This document shows, piece after piece, positions 16,797 to 25,620 of a stretch of DNA of 32,000 bases (the first letter of the stretch is position 1; each line of letters opens with the position of its first letter). Source of the DNA: Formosa sp. Hel1_33_131 (GTDB taxonomy: Bacteria > Bacteroidota > Bacteroidia > Flavobacteriales > Flavobacteriaceae); assembly GCF_001735745.1 (NCBI RefSeq), contig NZ_CP017260.1, positions 1,890,001 to 1,922,000 on the forward strand, read 5' to 3'. The notes under the pieces are model-generated. The model saw only the letters and a list, made by a program, of their open reading frames with translations. It ran no database searches and was not told the origin of the DNA. The position numbers and the translations under genes were made by a program.

Positions 16797-17486
16797 ATGA
16801 ACCGAACTAAAACAGTTATAATTACAGGAACCAGCCGTGGCATCGGTTTTGAACTCGTCCATCTTTTTGCCAATGCTGGCTACGAGGTTTTGGCACTGTC
16901 CAGAAACGCAAAGCCTGTTTCTAATTTAAATTTCGATAACATTACTGCCTTGTCTTTTGATTTGAGTAAATCCGAAGATTACGATCGCGTAGAAGCCTTT
17001 GTTAAAAAAGAATGGTCACAGGTTGATATTCTGATTAACAATGCAGGAACACTTTTAAATAAGCCATTTGCCGACACCACTTTTGAAGATTTTCAACAAG
17101 TCTATAGCACCAATGTTTTTGGCGTTGCCGAACTTACCCGACGTATGATTCCATTCATGCCCAAAAAAGGACACGTGGTCACCATAAGCTCCATGGGTGG
17201 CGTGCAAGGCTCTGTAAAATTCCCAGGGTTGTCTGCATACAGTTCTAGTAAAGGTGCTGTCATTACCCTCACCGAACTTTGGGCAGAAGAATACAAAGAA
17301 ACAGGTCCCTCTTTTAATGTCTTGGCATTGGGTGCTGTGCAAACTGAAATGCTAGCCGAAGCGTTTCCAGGCTATGAAGCCCCCACAACCGCGACTGAAA
17401 TGGCCAACTATATTTTTGAATTTGCAAAAAATAGCCATCAGTTTTATAACGGTAAATTATTGCAGATTTCTAGTTCTACCCCTTAA
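16797..17486 (+). CDS. Short-chain dehydrogenase/reductase (SDR) family oxidoreductase
   Basis: 229 aa with the cofactor motif TGTSRGIG, NNAG, and the catalytic S...YSSSK triad. Confidence 0.9.
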   Translation: MNRTKTVIITGTSRGIGFELVHLFANAGYEVLALSRNAKPVSNLNFDNITALSFDLSKSEDYDRVEAFVKKEWSQVDILINNAGTLLNKPFADTTFEDFQQVYSTNVFGVAELTRRMIPFMPKKGHVVTISSMGGVQGSVKFPGLSAYSSSKGAVITLTELWAEEYKETGPSFNVLALGAVQTEMLAEAFPGYEAPTTATEMANYIFEFAKNSHQFYNGKLLQISSSTP

Positions 17487-17563
17487 CTCGATTTCGATTC
17501 TTTTTAAAAAATACAGCCGTGGGTTTAACAGCTTATTAACGGTTTTAAAATAAAATATTTCTT

Positions 17564-17571
17564 TACTTTTG
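17564..17571 (+). promoter_or_regulatory. Candidate -7 box TACTTTTG for ffh-folD
   Basis: Exact TAnnTTTG match, 23 nt upstream of ATG 17595. Confidence 0.4.
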
Positions 17572-17594
17572 TAAATTGATAAAAACCGCATTTT

Positions 17595-18926
17595 ATGTTC
17601 AATAATTTAAGTGAAAAATTAGATAAAGCCCTTCACGTCCTCAAGGGACATGGGAGCATCTCAGAAATCAATGTTGCCGAAACACTCAAAGAAGTGCGAC
17701 GTGCGTTGTTGGATGCCGATGTGAATTATAAAATCGCCAAAGAATTTACCAATCGGGTCAAGGAAAAAGCATTAGGTCAAAACGTTTTGACCACGCTTCA
17801 GCCGGGTCAATTAATGGTCAAAATTGTAAAAGACGAGCTGACCACCTTAATGGGAGGCGATGTCGAAGGTATTAATTTATCGGCCACTCCAAGTGTCATT
17901 TTGATGTCGGGTTTACAAGGGTCGGGTAAAACCACCTTCTCTGGAAAACTTGCCAATTATTTAAAAACAAAAAAATCCAAAAAACCAATGTTAGTCGCCT
18001 GTGACGTGTACCGTCCAGCGGCCATCGATCAGTTGCAGATTGTTGGAGAACAAGTCGGCGTTGAGGTTTATAGCGACCTTGGAAATAACGATCCTGTTGC
18101 CATTGCCAAAGCAGGTATTGCCGAAGCCAAAGCCAAGGGGTGTAATGTGGTGATTATTGATACCGCCGGTCGTTTGGCAGTCGATGAAGCCATGATGAGT
18201 GAAATCGCAAACATTCACAAAGCAATTCAGCCACAAGAAACACTGTTTGTAGTGGATGCGATGACAGGGCAAGATGCTGTAAATACCGCCAAAGCCTTTA
18301 ATGACATTCTGAATTTTGATGGAGTTATTCTTACAAAATTAGATGGAGATACCCGAGGTGGAGCTGCCATATCCATAAAATCAGTCGTCAATAAACCGAT
18401 CAAGTTTATTGGTACAGGTGAAAAAATGGAAGCCATTGACGTGTTCTATCCTGCACGTATGGCCGAACGAATTTTGGGTATGGGAGATGTGGTGTCCTTA
18501 GTAGAACGCGCACAAGAACAATTCGATGAGCAAGAAGCTCGAAAAATTCAAAAGAAAATCGCCAAAAACCAATTTGGGTTTGATGATTTTTTATCTCAGA
18601 TTCAGCAGGTTAAAAAAATGGGGAATATGAAAGACCTCATGGGAATGATCCCTGGGGCTGGAAAAATGATGAAAAATGTGGATGTGGATGACGATTCGTT
18701 TAAGTACATCGAAGCCATTATTCATTCGATGACTCCCGAAGAACGTACCAAGCCAACCCTTTTGAATGCCAGTCGTAAAAAACGGATTGGTGCAGGATCA
18801 GGAACCAGCATTCAACAAGTGAATCAATTGATGAAACAATTCGATCAAATGAGTAAAATGATGAAAATGATGCAAGGTGGTGGCGGAAAAAAAATGATGC
18901 AAATGATGAAAAACATGCCACGATAG
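17595..18926 (+). CDS. ffh: Signal recognition particle protein Ffh
   Basis: 443 aa. N-domain, then SRP GTPase motifs GLQGSGKTT, DTAGR and TKLDGD, then a Met-rich M-domain tail (MMKMMQGGGGKKMMQMMKNM). Confidence 0.97.
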   Translation: MFNNLSEKLDKALHVLKGHGSISEINVAETLKEVRRALLDADVNYKIAKEFTNRVKEKALGQNVLTTLQPGQLMVKIVKDELTTLMGGDVEGINLSATPSVILMSGLQGSGKTTFSGKLANYLKTKKSKKPMLVACDVYRPAAIDQLQIVGEQVGVEVYSDLGNNDPVAIAKAGIAEAKAKGCNVVIIDTAGRLAVDEAMMSEIANIHKAIQPQETLFVVDAMTGQDAVNTAKAFNDILNFDGVILTKLDGDTRGGAAISIKSVVNKPIKFIGTGEKMEAIDVFYPARMAERILGMGDVVSLVERAQEQFDEQEARKIQKKIAKNQFGFDDFLSQIQQVKKMGNMKDLMGMIPGAGKMMKNVDVDDDSFKYIEAIIHSMTPEERTKPTLLNASRKKRIGAGSGTSIQQVNQLMKQFDQMSKMMKMMQGGGGKKMMQMMKNMPR

Positions 18927-18950
18927 CTTTAAACTAACGACCCGATTACA

Positions 18951-19841
18951 ATGATTTTACTAGACGGAAAACAAACAAGTGCAGATATAAAAGTTGAAAT
19001 CGCTGCGGCGGTTTCAGAAATTAAAAACCAAGGAAAACGTGCGCCACACTTAGCAGCCATTCTCGTAGGAACTAATGGTGCTAGTATGACCTATGTAGGC
19101 GCCAAAGTCAAAGCCTGCGAACTTGTCGGATTTGATTCCACTCTGATTGATTTGCCCGTTGAAACCACAGAAGAAACCCTATTAGCTCAAATACATACTC
19201 TAAACGACAATCCAGCAATTGATGGATTTATTGTACAGCTTCCATTACCAAAACATATCGACGAACAAAAAGTGTTGATGGCCGTACATCCAGATAAAGA
19301 TGTCGATGGCTTTCATCCCATGAATGTAGGACGTATGGCGTTGGACTTGCCAACCTTTTTACCTGCAACTCCCTACGGCATCATGGAACTTTTAGAACGT
19401 TATAAAATACCAACCTCTGGAAAGCAAGTTGTCGTCATCGGGAGAAGCCACATTGTGGGACGCCCCATGAGTATTTTGATGAGTCAGAAGCGTCCAGCCG
19501 GCGATGCTACCGTCACCATCGCACACAGTCGCACAACCAATTTAGCAGAGCTGACTTTAGAGGCAGATATTGTGGTTGCTGCTTTGGGAATTCCAGAATT
19601 TTTAACCGCTGAAATGGTAAAGCCAGGAGCTGTTATTATTGATGTGGGAATTACAAGAGTCCCCGATGAAACGAAGAAAAGAGGGTATCGAATTGCAGGA
19701 GATGTGCATTTTGAAAGTGTTGCTGAAAAAGCAAGTTATATCACACCAGTACCTGGTGGGGTAGGACCAATGACCATTGCGATGTTACTGAAAAACACAC
19801 TGCTCGCTTGCGAACGTCATGCTGCGAATTCATTTATTTAG
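18951..19841 (+). CDS. folD: Bifunctional 5,10-methylenetetrahydrofolate dehydrogenase/cyclohydrolase
   Basis: 296 aa with conserved FolD blocks: [55 protein letters not shown]. Confidence 0.96.
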   Translation: MILLDGKQTSADIKVEIAAAVSEIKNQGKRAPHLAAILVGTNGASMTYVGAKVKACELVGFDSTLIDLPVETTEETLLAQIHTLNDNPAIDGFIVQLPLPKHIDEQKVLMAVHPDKDVDGFHPMNVGRMALDLPTFLPATPYGIMELLERYKIPTSGKQVVVIGRSHIVGRPMSILMSQKRPAGDATVTIAHSRTTNLAELTLEADIVVAALGIPEFLTAEMVKPGAVIIDVGITRVPDETKKRGYRIAGDVHFESVAEKASYITPVPGGVGPMTIAMLLKNTLLACERHAANSFI

Positions 19842-20256
19842 CAAAAATCTGAGACGTATCTTTAAAGGCTTTAAACTCTAAAGCATTCCCTGCGGGATCA
19901 TAGAAAAACATCGTGGCTTGTTCGCCAACCTGTCCTTCAAAACGGATGTAAGGTTCAATAATAAAATTGATTTTTTGAGTTTTCAAATGTTCTGAAAAAC
20001 TTTCAAATTTTTCCCAAGGAAGAATCACCCCAAAATGAGGAACGGGCACCTGTTTTCCATCGACCTTACTGACATGAAGATCCGTTGCTTCTTCTTTTGG
20101 TTTGAAATGAATCACGAGTTGGTGTCCAAAAAAATTAAAATCCACCCAATGATCGCTGTGGCGGCCTTCTACGCAACCTAAAATATCTCTATAAAAGATA
20201 CGACACGTTTCTAAATTCCAAACGGGGATGGCTAAATGAAAAGGGGCTACAGACAT
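19834..20256 (-). CDS. VOC (glyoxalase/bleomycin-resistance/dioxygenase) family protein
   Basis: 140 aa. The N-terminal FHLAIPV...FYRDILG pattern and length fit the VOC fold. The start ATG overlaps the stop of the upstream rluF-like gene (TAATG). Confidence 0.75.
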   Translation of the reverse strand: MSVAPFHLAIPVWNLETCRIFYRDILGCVEGRHSDHWVDFNFFGHQLVIHFKPKEEATDLHVSKVDGKQVPVPHFGVILPWEKFESFSEHLKTQKINFIIEPYIRFEGQVGEQATMFFYDPAGNALEFKAFKDTSQIFAK

Positions 20257-20987
20257 TAGAGTGTTTTTTTAGAGTGTTTCAAAGTTTCGTTTAAAGTATT
20301 CAATTCATCCTCTGTTAAATCGCGGTAAGCACCAACTTCACATTGTTGATGAATGTTCATGATGCGGGTACGTTTCAACGATTGTACTTCATAATTCAGG
20401 TATTCGCACATGCGACGAATTTGACGGTTGAGGCCTTGTGTTAACACTATTTTAAACTCATAAGTACTTAGCTTTTCTACATTACAGGACTTGGTGGTTT
20501 TACCGAGTTCTTCTAATGGAATGCCTGCAGACATGCGTTGTACGAATGTTTGAGAGATCGGTTTGTCCACCGTCACGATGTATTCTTTCTCATGGTTGTT
20601 ACTGGCACGAAGAATTTTATTCACGATATCGCCATCATCTGTCAATAAAATCAAGCCTTCACTATCTTTGTCCAAACGTCCAATCGGGAAAATCCGAGTT
20701 GGGTATTTGATGTAATCAATAATATTGTCTTTTTCAACGCCCGTATCGGTCGTACAAACGATTCCAACAGGTTTGTTGAACGCGATATAGGTTCGTTTTT
20801 TGGCTTCATTAAGAATGGTTGTTCCATCGACTTTTACTTCGTCGCCTTCTAAAACCTTGGTACCCATTTCTGGAACGACTCCGTTAATGGTCACACGCCC
20901 TTCGTCGATCAGTTTGTCAGCAGCACGACGCGAGCAATGCCCGGCTTCGCTTAAATATTTATTCAGTCTTGTTGAAGTTGGTTCCAT
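20256..20987 (-). CDS. rluF: RsuA/RluB/RluF-family rRNA pseudouridine synthase with S4 domain
   Basis: 243 aa. The N-terminal S4 RNA-binding motif is RLNKYLSEAGHCSRRAADKLI. The catalytic motif is GRLDKDSEGLILLTDDG, followed by GLNRQIRRM. The RluF assignment is from size and family only. Confidence 0.85.
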   Translation of the reverse strand: MEPTSTRLNKYLSEAGHCSRRAADKLIDEGRVTINGVVPEMGTKVLEGDEVKVDGTTILNEAKKRTYIAFNKPVGIVCTTDTGVEKDNIIDYIKYPTRIFPIGRLDKDSEGLILLTDDGDIVNKILRASNNHEKEYIVTVDKPISQTFVQRMSAGIPLEELGKTTKSCNVEKLSTYEFKIVLTQGLNRQIRRMCEYLNYEVQSLKRTRIMNIHQQCEVGAYRDLTEDELNTLNETLKHSKKTL

Positions 20988-21006
20988 GTGGCGAATTTAC
21001 AAAAGT

Positions 21007-21840
21007 TTAGTGGCTCAAAAATTTAATTATTTCATCAGAAATAAAATCCCCTTTTAGAGAGTGGCCAAGTCCTTCAGTCGAGATTAGTTTGGCGTTTTTG
21101 AACTGAGCATCAATGTCAAGCGCATCTTGATAAGGGATGATGCGATCGTTTTTATCGTGAATTAGTAAGCCTTCAGCAGCAATATTTCTCGCAAAGTCAG
21201 CCGTTGAAAAATAGCTCGGTGGGTTGCCAAATTTAAGCTCAATCTGAGTATCTATCCCTTTATAAATTTGTTGGCTATAGCCCATCATTTCTTTATAGCG
21301 TTTCATGATGCCTATAAATGCTGAGGGTGCTCCAAGAAGTACAATTTTTCTAGCGTGCGTATAGGTTTGTTTTTGAAGAAAAATAACCAAAGCCATCGCT
21401 CCTACAGAATGTCCAATAAATGAAGTGGGTTTAAATTCTTCACTGACAACATTGATGAATTCTGAATAGAGGATCGCATTAAAAGTGTCGCTTCCAGACC
21501 CGCCATGTGCAGGACCATCCAGCGCGATCACATTATACCCTTCTTTTTGTAGTTTTTGAATTTTATGGCGCCAGCGTCCAGAATTGCTTTCCCAACCGTG
21601 TGCCAATAACACAGTTTCTTTGGTGCCTTCCCAGTGATAGGTTTGAATGGGCAAGCTGTTGTAGTGCAAAGTTGTTTTCGTCGTCGCAGTTTCTAAAAAT
21701 GAATTCGCATAAGAAGTCAGTTGACCATCTCTCGGCTTTGAAAATAATTTTAAGGCAAGATTGGAGGCGTATGCCGAATTAAAAAATCCAATGAAGTTTA
21801 TAATTCCTCCGATAAGTTTTGGGATGATTGTTTTTATCAT
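21007..21840 (-). CDS. Alpha/beta-fold hydrolase
   Basis: 277 aa with HGWESN (oxyanion region), the nucleophile elbow GHSVGA, and a C-terminal GLGH (His of the triad). Confidence 0.85.
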   Translation of the reverse strand: MIKTIIPKLIGGIINFIGFFNSAYASNLALKLFSKPRDGQLTSYANSFLETATTKTTLHYNSLPIQTYHWEGTKETVLLAHGWESNSGRWRHKIQKLQKEGYNVIALDGPAHGGSGSDTFNAILYSEFINVVSEEFKPTSFIGHSVGAMALVIFLQKQTYTHARKIVLLGAPSAFIGIMKRYKEMMGYSQQIYKGIDTQIELKFGNPPSYFSTADFARNIAAEGLLIHDKNDRIIPYQDALDIDAQFKNAKLISTEGLGHSLKGDFISDEIIKFLSH

Positions 21841-22202
21841 TGTTCTTCTCTATGTACGTTTTCTATTGAAAATGCGGGTGTGCAGATTGCTATATATTCA
21901 CAAGGGGCGTCAAAGGGATTTGAATATTGAACTCGTGTATTTTTTTCAATTTTAATGGACTGTCCTTGTTCTAAAATGAGGGTTTCGCCCTCAATAATGA
22001 ATTGTTTTTTTCCTTTGATGATAAAGGTGTATTCTTCAAATTCAGGCGTTTGGAAGGGTTCACTCCAACCTGGAGGAGCTACCATGTGGGCAATACTCAG
22101 AGCGGAGTTGCCGTCCGTTGCTTTCCCAAAATGTTCTTCAATCAGTTTGCCATCTGTTGTTGGAACAACAAAGGGGGATTTTTGAATTTTATAAGCTGCC
22201 AT
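21837..22202 (-). CDS. Cupin domain protein
   Basis: 121 aa. The small beta-barrel pattern (HMVAPPGWSEP...EEYTFIIKG...GETLILEQGQSIKI) fits a cupin. It has a 4-nt ATGA overlap with the downstream hydrolase gene. Confidence 0.7.
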   Translation of the reverse strand: MAAYKIQKSPFVVPTTDGKLIEEHFGKATDGNSALSIAHMVAPPGWSEPFQTPEFEEYTFIIKGKKQFIIEGETLILEQGQSIKIEKNTRVQYSNPFDAPCEYIAICTPAFSIENVHREEQ

Positions 22203-22205
22203 CGT

Positions 22206-22760
22206 TTAATACCATTGCATGTAAAAGTCCTTTATTTTAGCCGTTTCAGGAATGGAAATCGCCTCTATTTTTTGATTCATATCGTAGCGCATTTCTTCTG
22301 GTAATTCCGTTTTGTTTAGCGTGAAATACGCATTGATTTCATCCACAGAAATAATCAAACTTCGCAGTGTGTTTTGAATGCTGGAAACGGTGTATTTAGA
22401 ATTGATGTCTCCAAAAGTGCTCAGTGTATTCAGACCGTCTTTGTTTTTAAAACGCGCGTCCATAATACGCACCGTTCGGATGGTGGACAACGAATCTAAA
22501 GAATAATTAGGGTCTAATTCGAGTAACAAGATTCCCGTTCCTTTTTCGAAAATACTGATGGTGTTGGTGCTGCCTGTGAATTCATCACCTCCAATGTATT
22601 TGCTGATAGAGTCGTTAGCAAACACCACTTTTAGGGCGTTCACTTTTGTGGAGTCGGTGAGCATTCCAACACTGTGGTTGGTAATGGCAAAGGAATCTGT
22701 TTTTGTTTCACAAGCCACAAAAAGGCCTAATAGTAATCCGATCAATAAATAGTTTCTCAT
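22206..22760 (-). CDS. Hypothetical lipoprotein
   Basis: The track ORF begins at TTG 22781. I prefer ATG 22760 (MRNYLLIGLLLGLFVAC|ETKTD, a lipobox). No recognisable domain. Its stop lies 3 nt upstream of the cupin gene start. Confidence 0.7.
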   Translation of the reverse strand: MRNYLLIGLLLGLFVACETKTDSFAITNHSVGMLTDSTKVNALKVVFANDSISKYIGGDEFTGSTNTISIFEKGTGILLLELDPNYSLDSLSTIRTVRIMDARFKNKDGLNTLSTFGDINSKYTVSSIQNTLRSLIISVDEINAYFTLNKTELPEEMRYDMNQKIEAISIPETAKIKDFYMQWY

Positions 22761-22846
22761 GGTTGATGTTGTATTGTTCAATGCTAATTTTTTAATTTCG
22801 AGTAAAAATAAATGAAGTTTTATGACTTAAACCAAAAACAGTAAAC

Positions 22847-22854
22847 TATTTTTG
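22847..22854 (+). promoter_or_regulatory. Candidate -7 box TATTTTTG immediately upstream of queE
   Basis: Exact TAnnTTTG match ending only 6 nt before ATG 22861. Confidence 0.3.
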
Positions 22855-22860
22855 CCCATT

Positions 22861-23493
22861 ATGTTAAAAACCGAAATTAAATCGCTTGTAAACGCTGGTA
22901 AAATGCTGCCACTTATGGAGGCATTCTATACCATTCAAGGGGAAGGATTCCACAAAGGAACCGCTGCTTATTTTATAAGAATAGGGGGCTGTGATGTGGG
23001 TTGCCATTGGTGCGATGTCAAAGAAAGCTGGAATGCCGATTTACATCCGCCGACTGCAATTTCGGACATTGCTAAGGATGCGGCGAAAGACAGTCAAACC
23101 ATTGTGGTTACGGGTGGTGAGCCTTTGATGTGGGACATGAATCCATTGACCGCCGAATTAAAATCAAAGGGGATGCAAACGCATATCGAAACGTCTGGGG
23201 CGTATAAGCTTACTGGCGACTGGGATTGGATATGTTTGTCTCCTAAAAAATTAAAAGGCCCTTTAGATGAGGTGTATCAAAAAGCACACGAACTGAAAGT
23301 GATTGTTTACAATTTGGACGATTTAAAATTTGCGGAAGAACAGGCCGCTAAAGTAAATTCCAACTGTATTTTGTACCTCCAACCGGAGTGGAGCAAGCGC
23401 GATAAAGTCACGCCTTCTATCGTTGAGTATGTGATGAAACACCCCAAATGGAAGGTGTCACTTCAGACGCATAAGTATTTGAATATTCCTTAG
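22861..23493 (+). CDS. queE: 7-carboxy-7-deazaguanine synthase (radical SAM, queuosine biosynthesis)
   Basis: The track ORF starts at TTG 22852. The first ATG is at 22861 (MLKTEIKS...), giving 210 aa. Motifs are FYTIQGEG, the radical-SAM cluster CDVGCHWCD, and VVTGGEP. Confidence 0.9.
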   Translation: MLKTEIKSLVNAGKMLPLMEAFYTIQGEGFHKGTAAYFIRIGGCDVGCHWCDVKESWNADLHPPTAISDIAKDAAKDSQTIVVTGGEPLMWDMNPLTAELKSKGMQTHIETSGAYKLTGDWDWICLSPKKLKGPLDEVYQKAHELKVIVYNLDDLKFAEEQAAKVNSNCILYLQPEWSKRDKVTPSIVEYVMKHPKWKVSLQTHKYLNIP

Positions 23494-23545
23494 AGGTTTC
23501 AATCGAATCATTTTACTATTTGTTTAACTCGGCGTCTCTAAGATT

Positions 23546-24169
23546 CTACTCACGTGGTATGTTCATTATTAAATTAATAGGTTTTATGGATACTAACTTA
23601 GTTTCAATTTTATATCCACCAGAGGTTTTACCTTTCCCACTTACTACTTTGTATTTTCCTGGATATTTCATTTTATCTAATTTTTCCCAGGGATGTAAAC
23701 ACGCTACGCGATATAGTGAAAAAAGATCGTGATCACTTTTTTCAAGTACAACTGTTCGAGAGGTTACCGGTCTTTTTCTTTTTGCATTTTTATAAATTAA
23801 CACCTTTACTTTTCTGAACAGGCTGTCAGATTCGATTTCCTCAAAAACAAATTCATGATTTAAATAGGCTTTGGTCGATTCAATTTTAGAGGTAGATAGG
23901 TGTTTGAAAGTATAATTCATATTCGTTTCTACTATTTCGTAGGTATGGTAGATTTGTTTTTTAAAATCAGACAAAAACGCTGTTGAAGAAGATGTAAAAG
24001 TACCTATGGTTAGAAAATAATGATCATTGGTTGCGTTTGAGCAAACAATTCGTGTACGTTCCCTGCCACTTACTTTTTGGGTGTAGGTAGCTATCAGGTC
24101 AAATTTATAAGTTTGAGCGTAGGTCGTTACTCCAAAAAATAAGTATAGAATTAATAATAATGGTTTCAT
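23546..24169 (-). CDS. Exported hypothetical protein (last gene of AT-rich accessory cluster)
   Basis: 207 aa with signal peptide MKPLLLILYLFFGVTTYA|QTYKF. Lys/Tyr/Thr-rich, with predicted beta-rich alternation and no motif I recognise. Confidence 0.7.
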   Translation of the reverse strand: MKPLLLILYLFFGVTTYAQTYKFDLIATYTQKVSGRERTRIVCSNATNDHYFLTIGTFTSSSTAFLSDFKKQIYHTYEIVETNMNYTFKHLSTSKIESTKAYLNHEFVFEEIESDSLFRKVKVLIYKNAKRKRPVTSRTVVLEKSDHDLFSLYRVACLHPWEKLDKMKYPGKYKVVSGKGKTSGGYKIETKLVSIKPINLIMNIPRE

Positions 24170-24205
24170 ATGCTTAAAGGTTTTTTTTTATGTTTTCATT
24201 TTTAA

Positions 24206-24235
24206 GTTCCGCGAAGTCAGGAGACTTTGCGGAAC
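24206..24235. repeat. 13-bp GC-containing hairpin in the spacer between the TPR gene and the 207-aa gene
   Basis: GTTCCGCGAAGTC-agga-GACTTTGCGGAAC has one G-U pair. No T-run follows on the minus (coding) strand, so it is not a canonical terminator. Confidence 0.6.
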
Positions 24236-24336
24236 TGGTGTTTTAGTTGAATGACTTTGTTTTAAATAATTCAATTACTTATTTTTTAATACGATCATTT
24301 ATTTCGTTCTTTATATTGTTAATCTGTTTATGATAG

Positions 24337-25509
24337 CTAATTATATATTAAGGTAGGGCGTATGGTAAAGAGTCTCCTATTACTCACCTTTATTTTTTTT
24401 CGCTTGATTTGTTTATTAAAAATTAAAATTACTGTTTTTTTTAAGTCATTATAGTTGAAGTTTTCCACAAATTTGTACGGAAAAATTGTATGAATTTTGT
24501 TCTTTTCCATTTCAAGTACATATTTTGGACTTCCTGATTTCAGAGAATCAGATAAAATTGTTGTCCTAATTATAATTTCAGGTTTTCCATTTTCATTAAT
24601 CTGGAGAAACATATGCTTATAATTTTTGTCTTTTGTTGCTTTAAATTGCTCCAAACCATGTACTCTTTTTCCTTTCAAAATAAATTTATCAAAACAAAAG
24701 AATGTGCGAGGGTATTCACTTACAGTGTCTTTGGCGTAGTTTTCATATAATTTCTGTTTGTGGAGTTCAGCTTTTTCGTAATCCTTTTTAGCGTTATACA
24801 CTTGTATGATTTCAGCGTAATATTTAATATTTGTAGGGTCTAATTTATTTAATTCTTTAAACGCAATTAGTGCTTTATCTAAGTGTTTAGTTGATCGTTC
24901 GTGTTTTGCAATATTTTCAAGAACAGAAATGTAAAGTTGTGTTTCTTTCGAGATATTATTTTTTGCTACATAAAAGGATTTGAGTGCATTTTTAATATCG
25001 TTTTTTATCAAATAAACCTGAGCAATCTGTGTAAATAAGTAATCGGGAGGGTCATCCTTCTGTAGGGCATGTTTATAAAGCTTAATCGCTTTATCATTAT
25101 TGCCTATAAACAAATGCGAATTACCAAGTTCATTTAAATAGTAGCTGTTATTTGGGTTTAATTTAATCGCTTTTTTTAATGATTTAATGGCGCTACGGAA
25201 CCTCCCTATGTAATTAAAATAACTTCCTTTAATGAAATGAGGCCTAGGATTTGTTTTATCTTTTTTTATTGACAAATTCATTAATTTCAAGAACTCTTTA
25301 TAATAGGGTTTATTATGATAAGCTTTAGAATAATATGCCATGCCAACATAATAAATAGCTTTTGCGGAATAGTCTTTTACCTTAGCTGAATGCTCAGATA
25401 TAATCTGATCATATTGTTTGTTTTCAAACAACGTTTTTATCAACTCTTCTTGAGTGTTGCCGAAAAACCCTGTAAAACTAATTAATGCTATAATAATTTT
25501 GTTCTTCAT
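24337..25509 (-). CDS. Exported TPR-repeat protein with uncharacterised C-terminal domain
   Basis: 390 aa with signal peptide MKNKIIIALISFTGFFGNTQ. Residues about 30-250 show several TPR-like units (AIYYVGMAYY..., AIKSLKKAIKLNPNN, AIKLYKHALQKDD, ALIAFKELNKLDPTN, YAEIIQVYNAKKDYEKA). The last 130 aa or so have no recognisable motif. Confidence 0.75.
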   Translation of the reverse strand: MKNKIIIALISFTGFFGNTQEELIKTLFENKQYDQIISEHSAKVKDYSAKAIYYVGMAYYSKAYHNKPYYKEFLKLMNLSIKKDKTNPRPHFIKGSYFNYIGRFRSAIKSLKKAIKLNPNNSYYLNELGNSHLFIGNNDKAIKLYKHALQKDDPPDYLFTQIAQVYLIKNDIKNALKSFYVAKNNISKETQLYISVLENIAKHERSTKHLDKALIAFKELNKLDPTNIKYYAEIIQVYNAKKDYEKAELHKQKLYENYAKDTVSEYPRTFFCFDKFILKGKRVHGLEQFKATKDKNYKHMFLQINENGKPEIIIRTTILSDSLKSGSPKYVLEMEKNKIHTIFPYKFVENFNYNDLKKTVILIFNKQIKRKKIKVSNRRLFTIRPTLIYN

Positions 25510-25620
25510 TCTTGCCTTTTTTATGTTTTGCTAAGTCGGGAAATCAAAGATTCGACGTTGTCAAACTTCGCAGAGCTGACCCAATCGCTAATTTTCAATC
25601 TATTAATCATGACATTTTCA

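Noticed and set aside
16674-16862. 62-aa minus-strand ORF spanning the peptidase/SDR spacer
   Set aside because: It is built from the REP-like repeat (..LRLRSVQV..) and the antisense of the SDR start. This is a known type of repeat-derived spurious ORF.
23489-23541. 7-bp inverted words CTTAGAG / CTCTAAG flanking the queE / 207-aa-gene convergent spacer, considered as a shared terminator or island boundary repeat
   Set aside because: The arms are separated by about 39 nt with no supporting inner pairing and no T-runs. The repeat is too short to distinguish from chance.
23520-23732. 70-aa plus-strand ORF overlapping the 3' end of the 207-aa gene
   Set aside because: It is antisense to a longer ORF that has a signal peptide. 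It starts in the queE-downstream spacer with no promoter box, so it is probably spurious. The minus-strand gene is itself only moderately supported.
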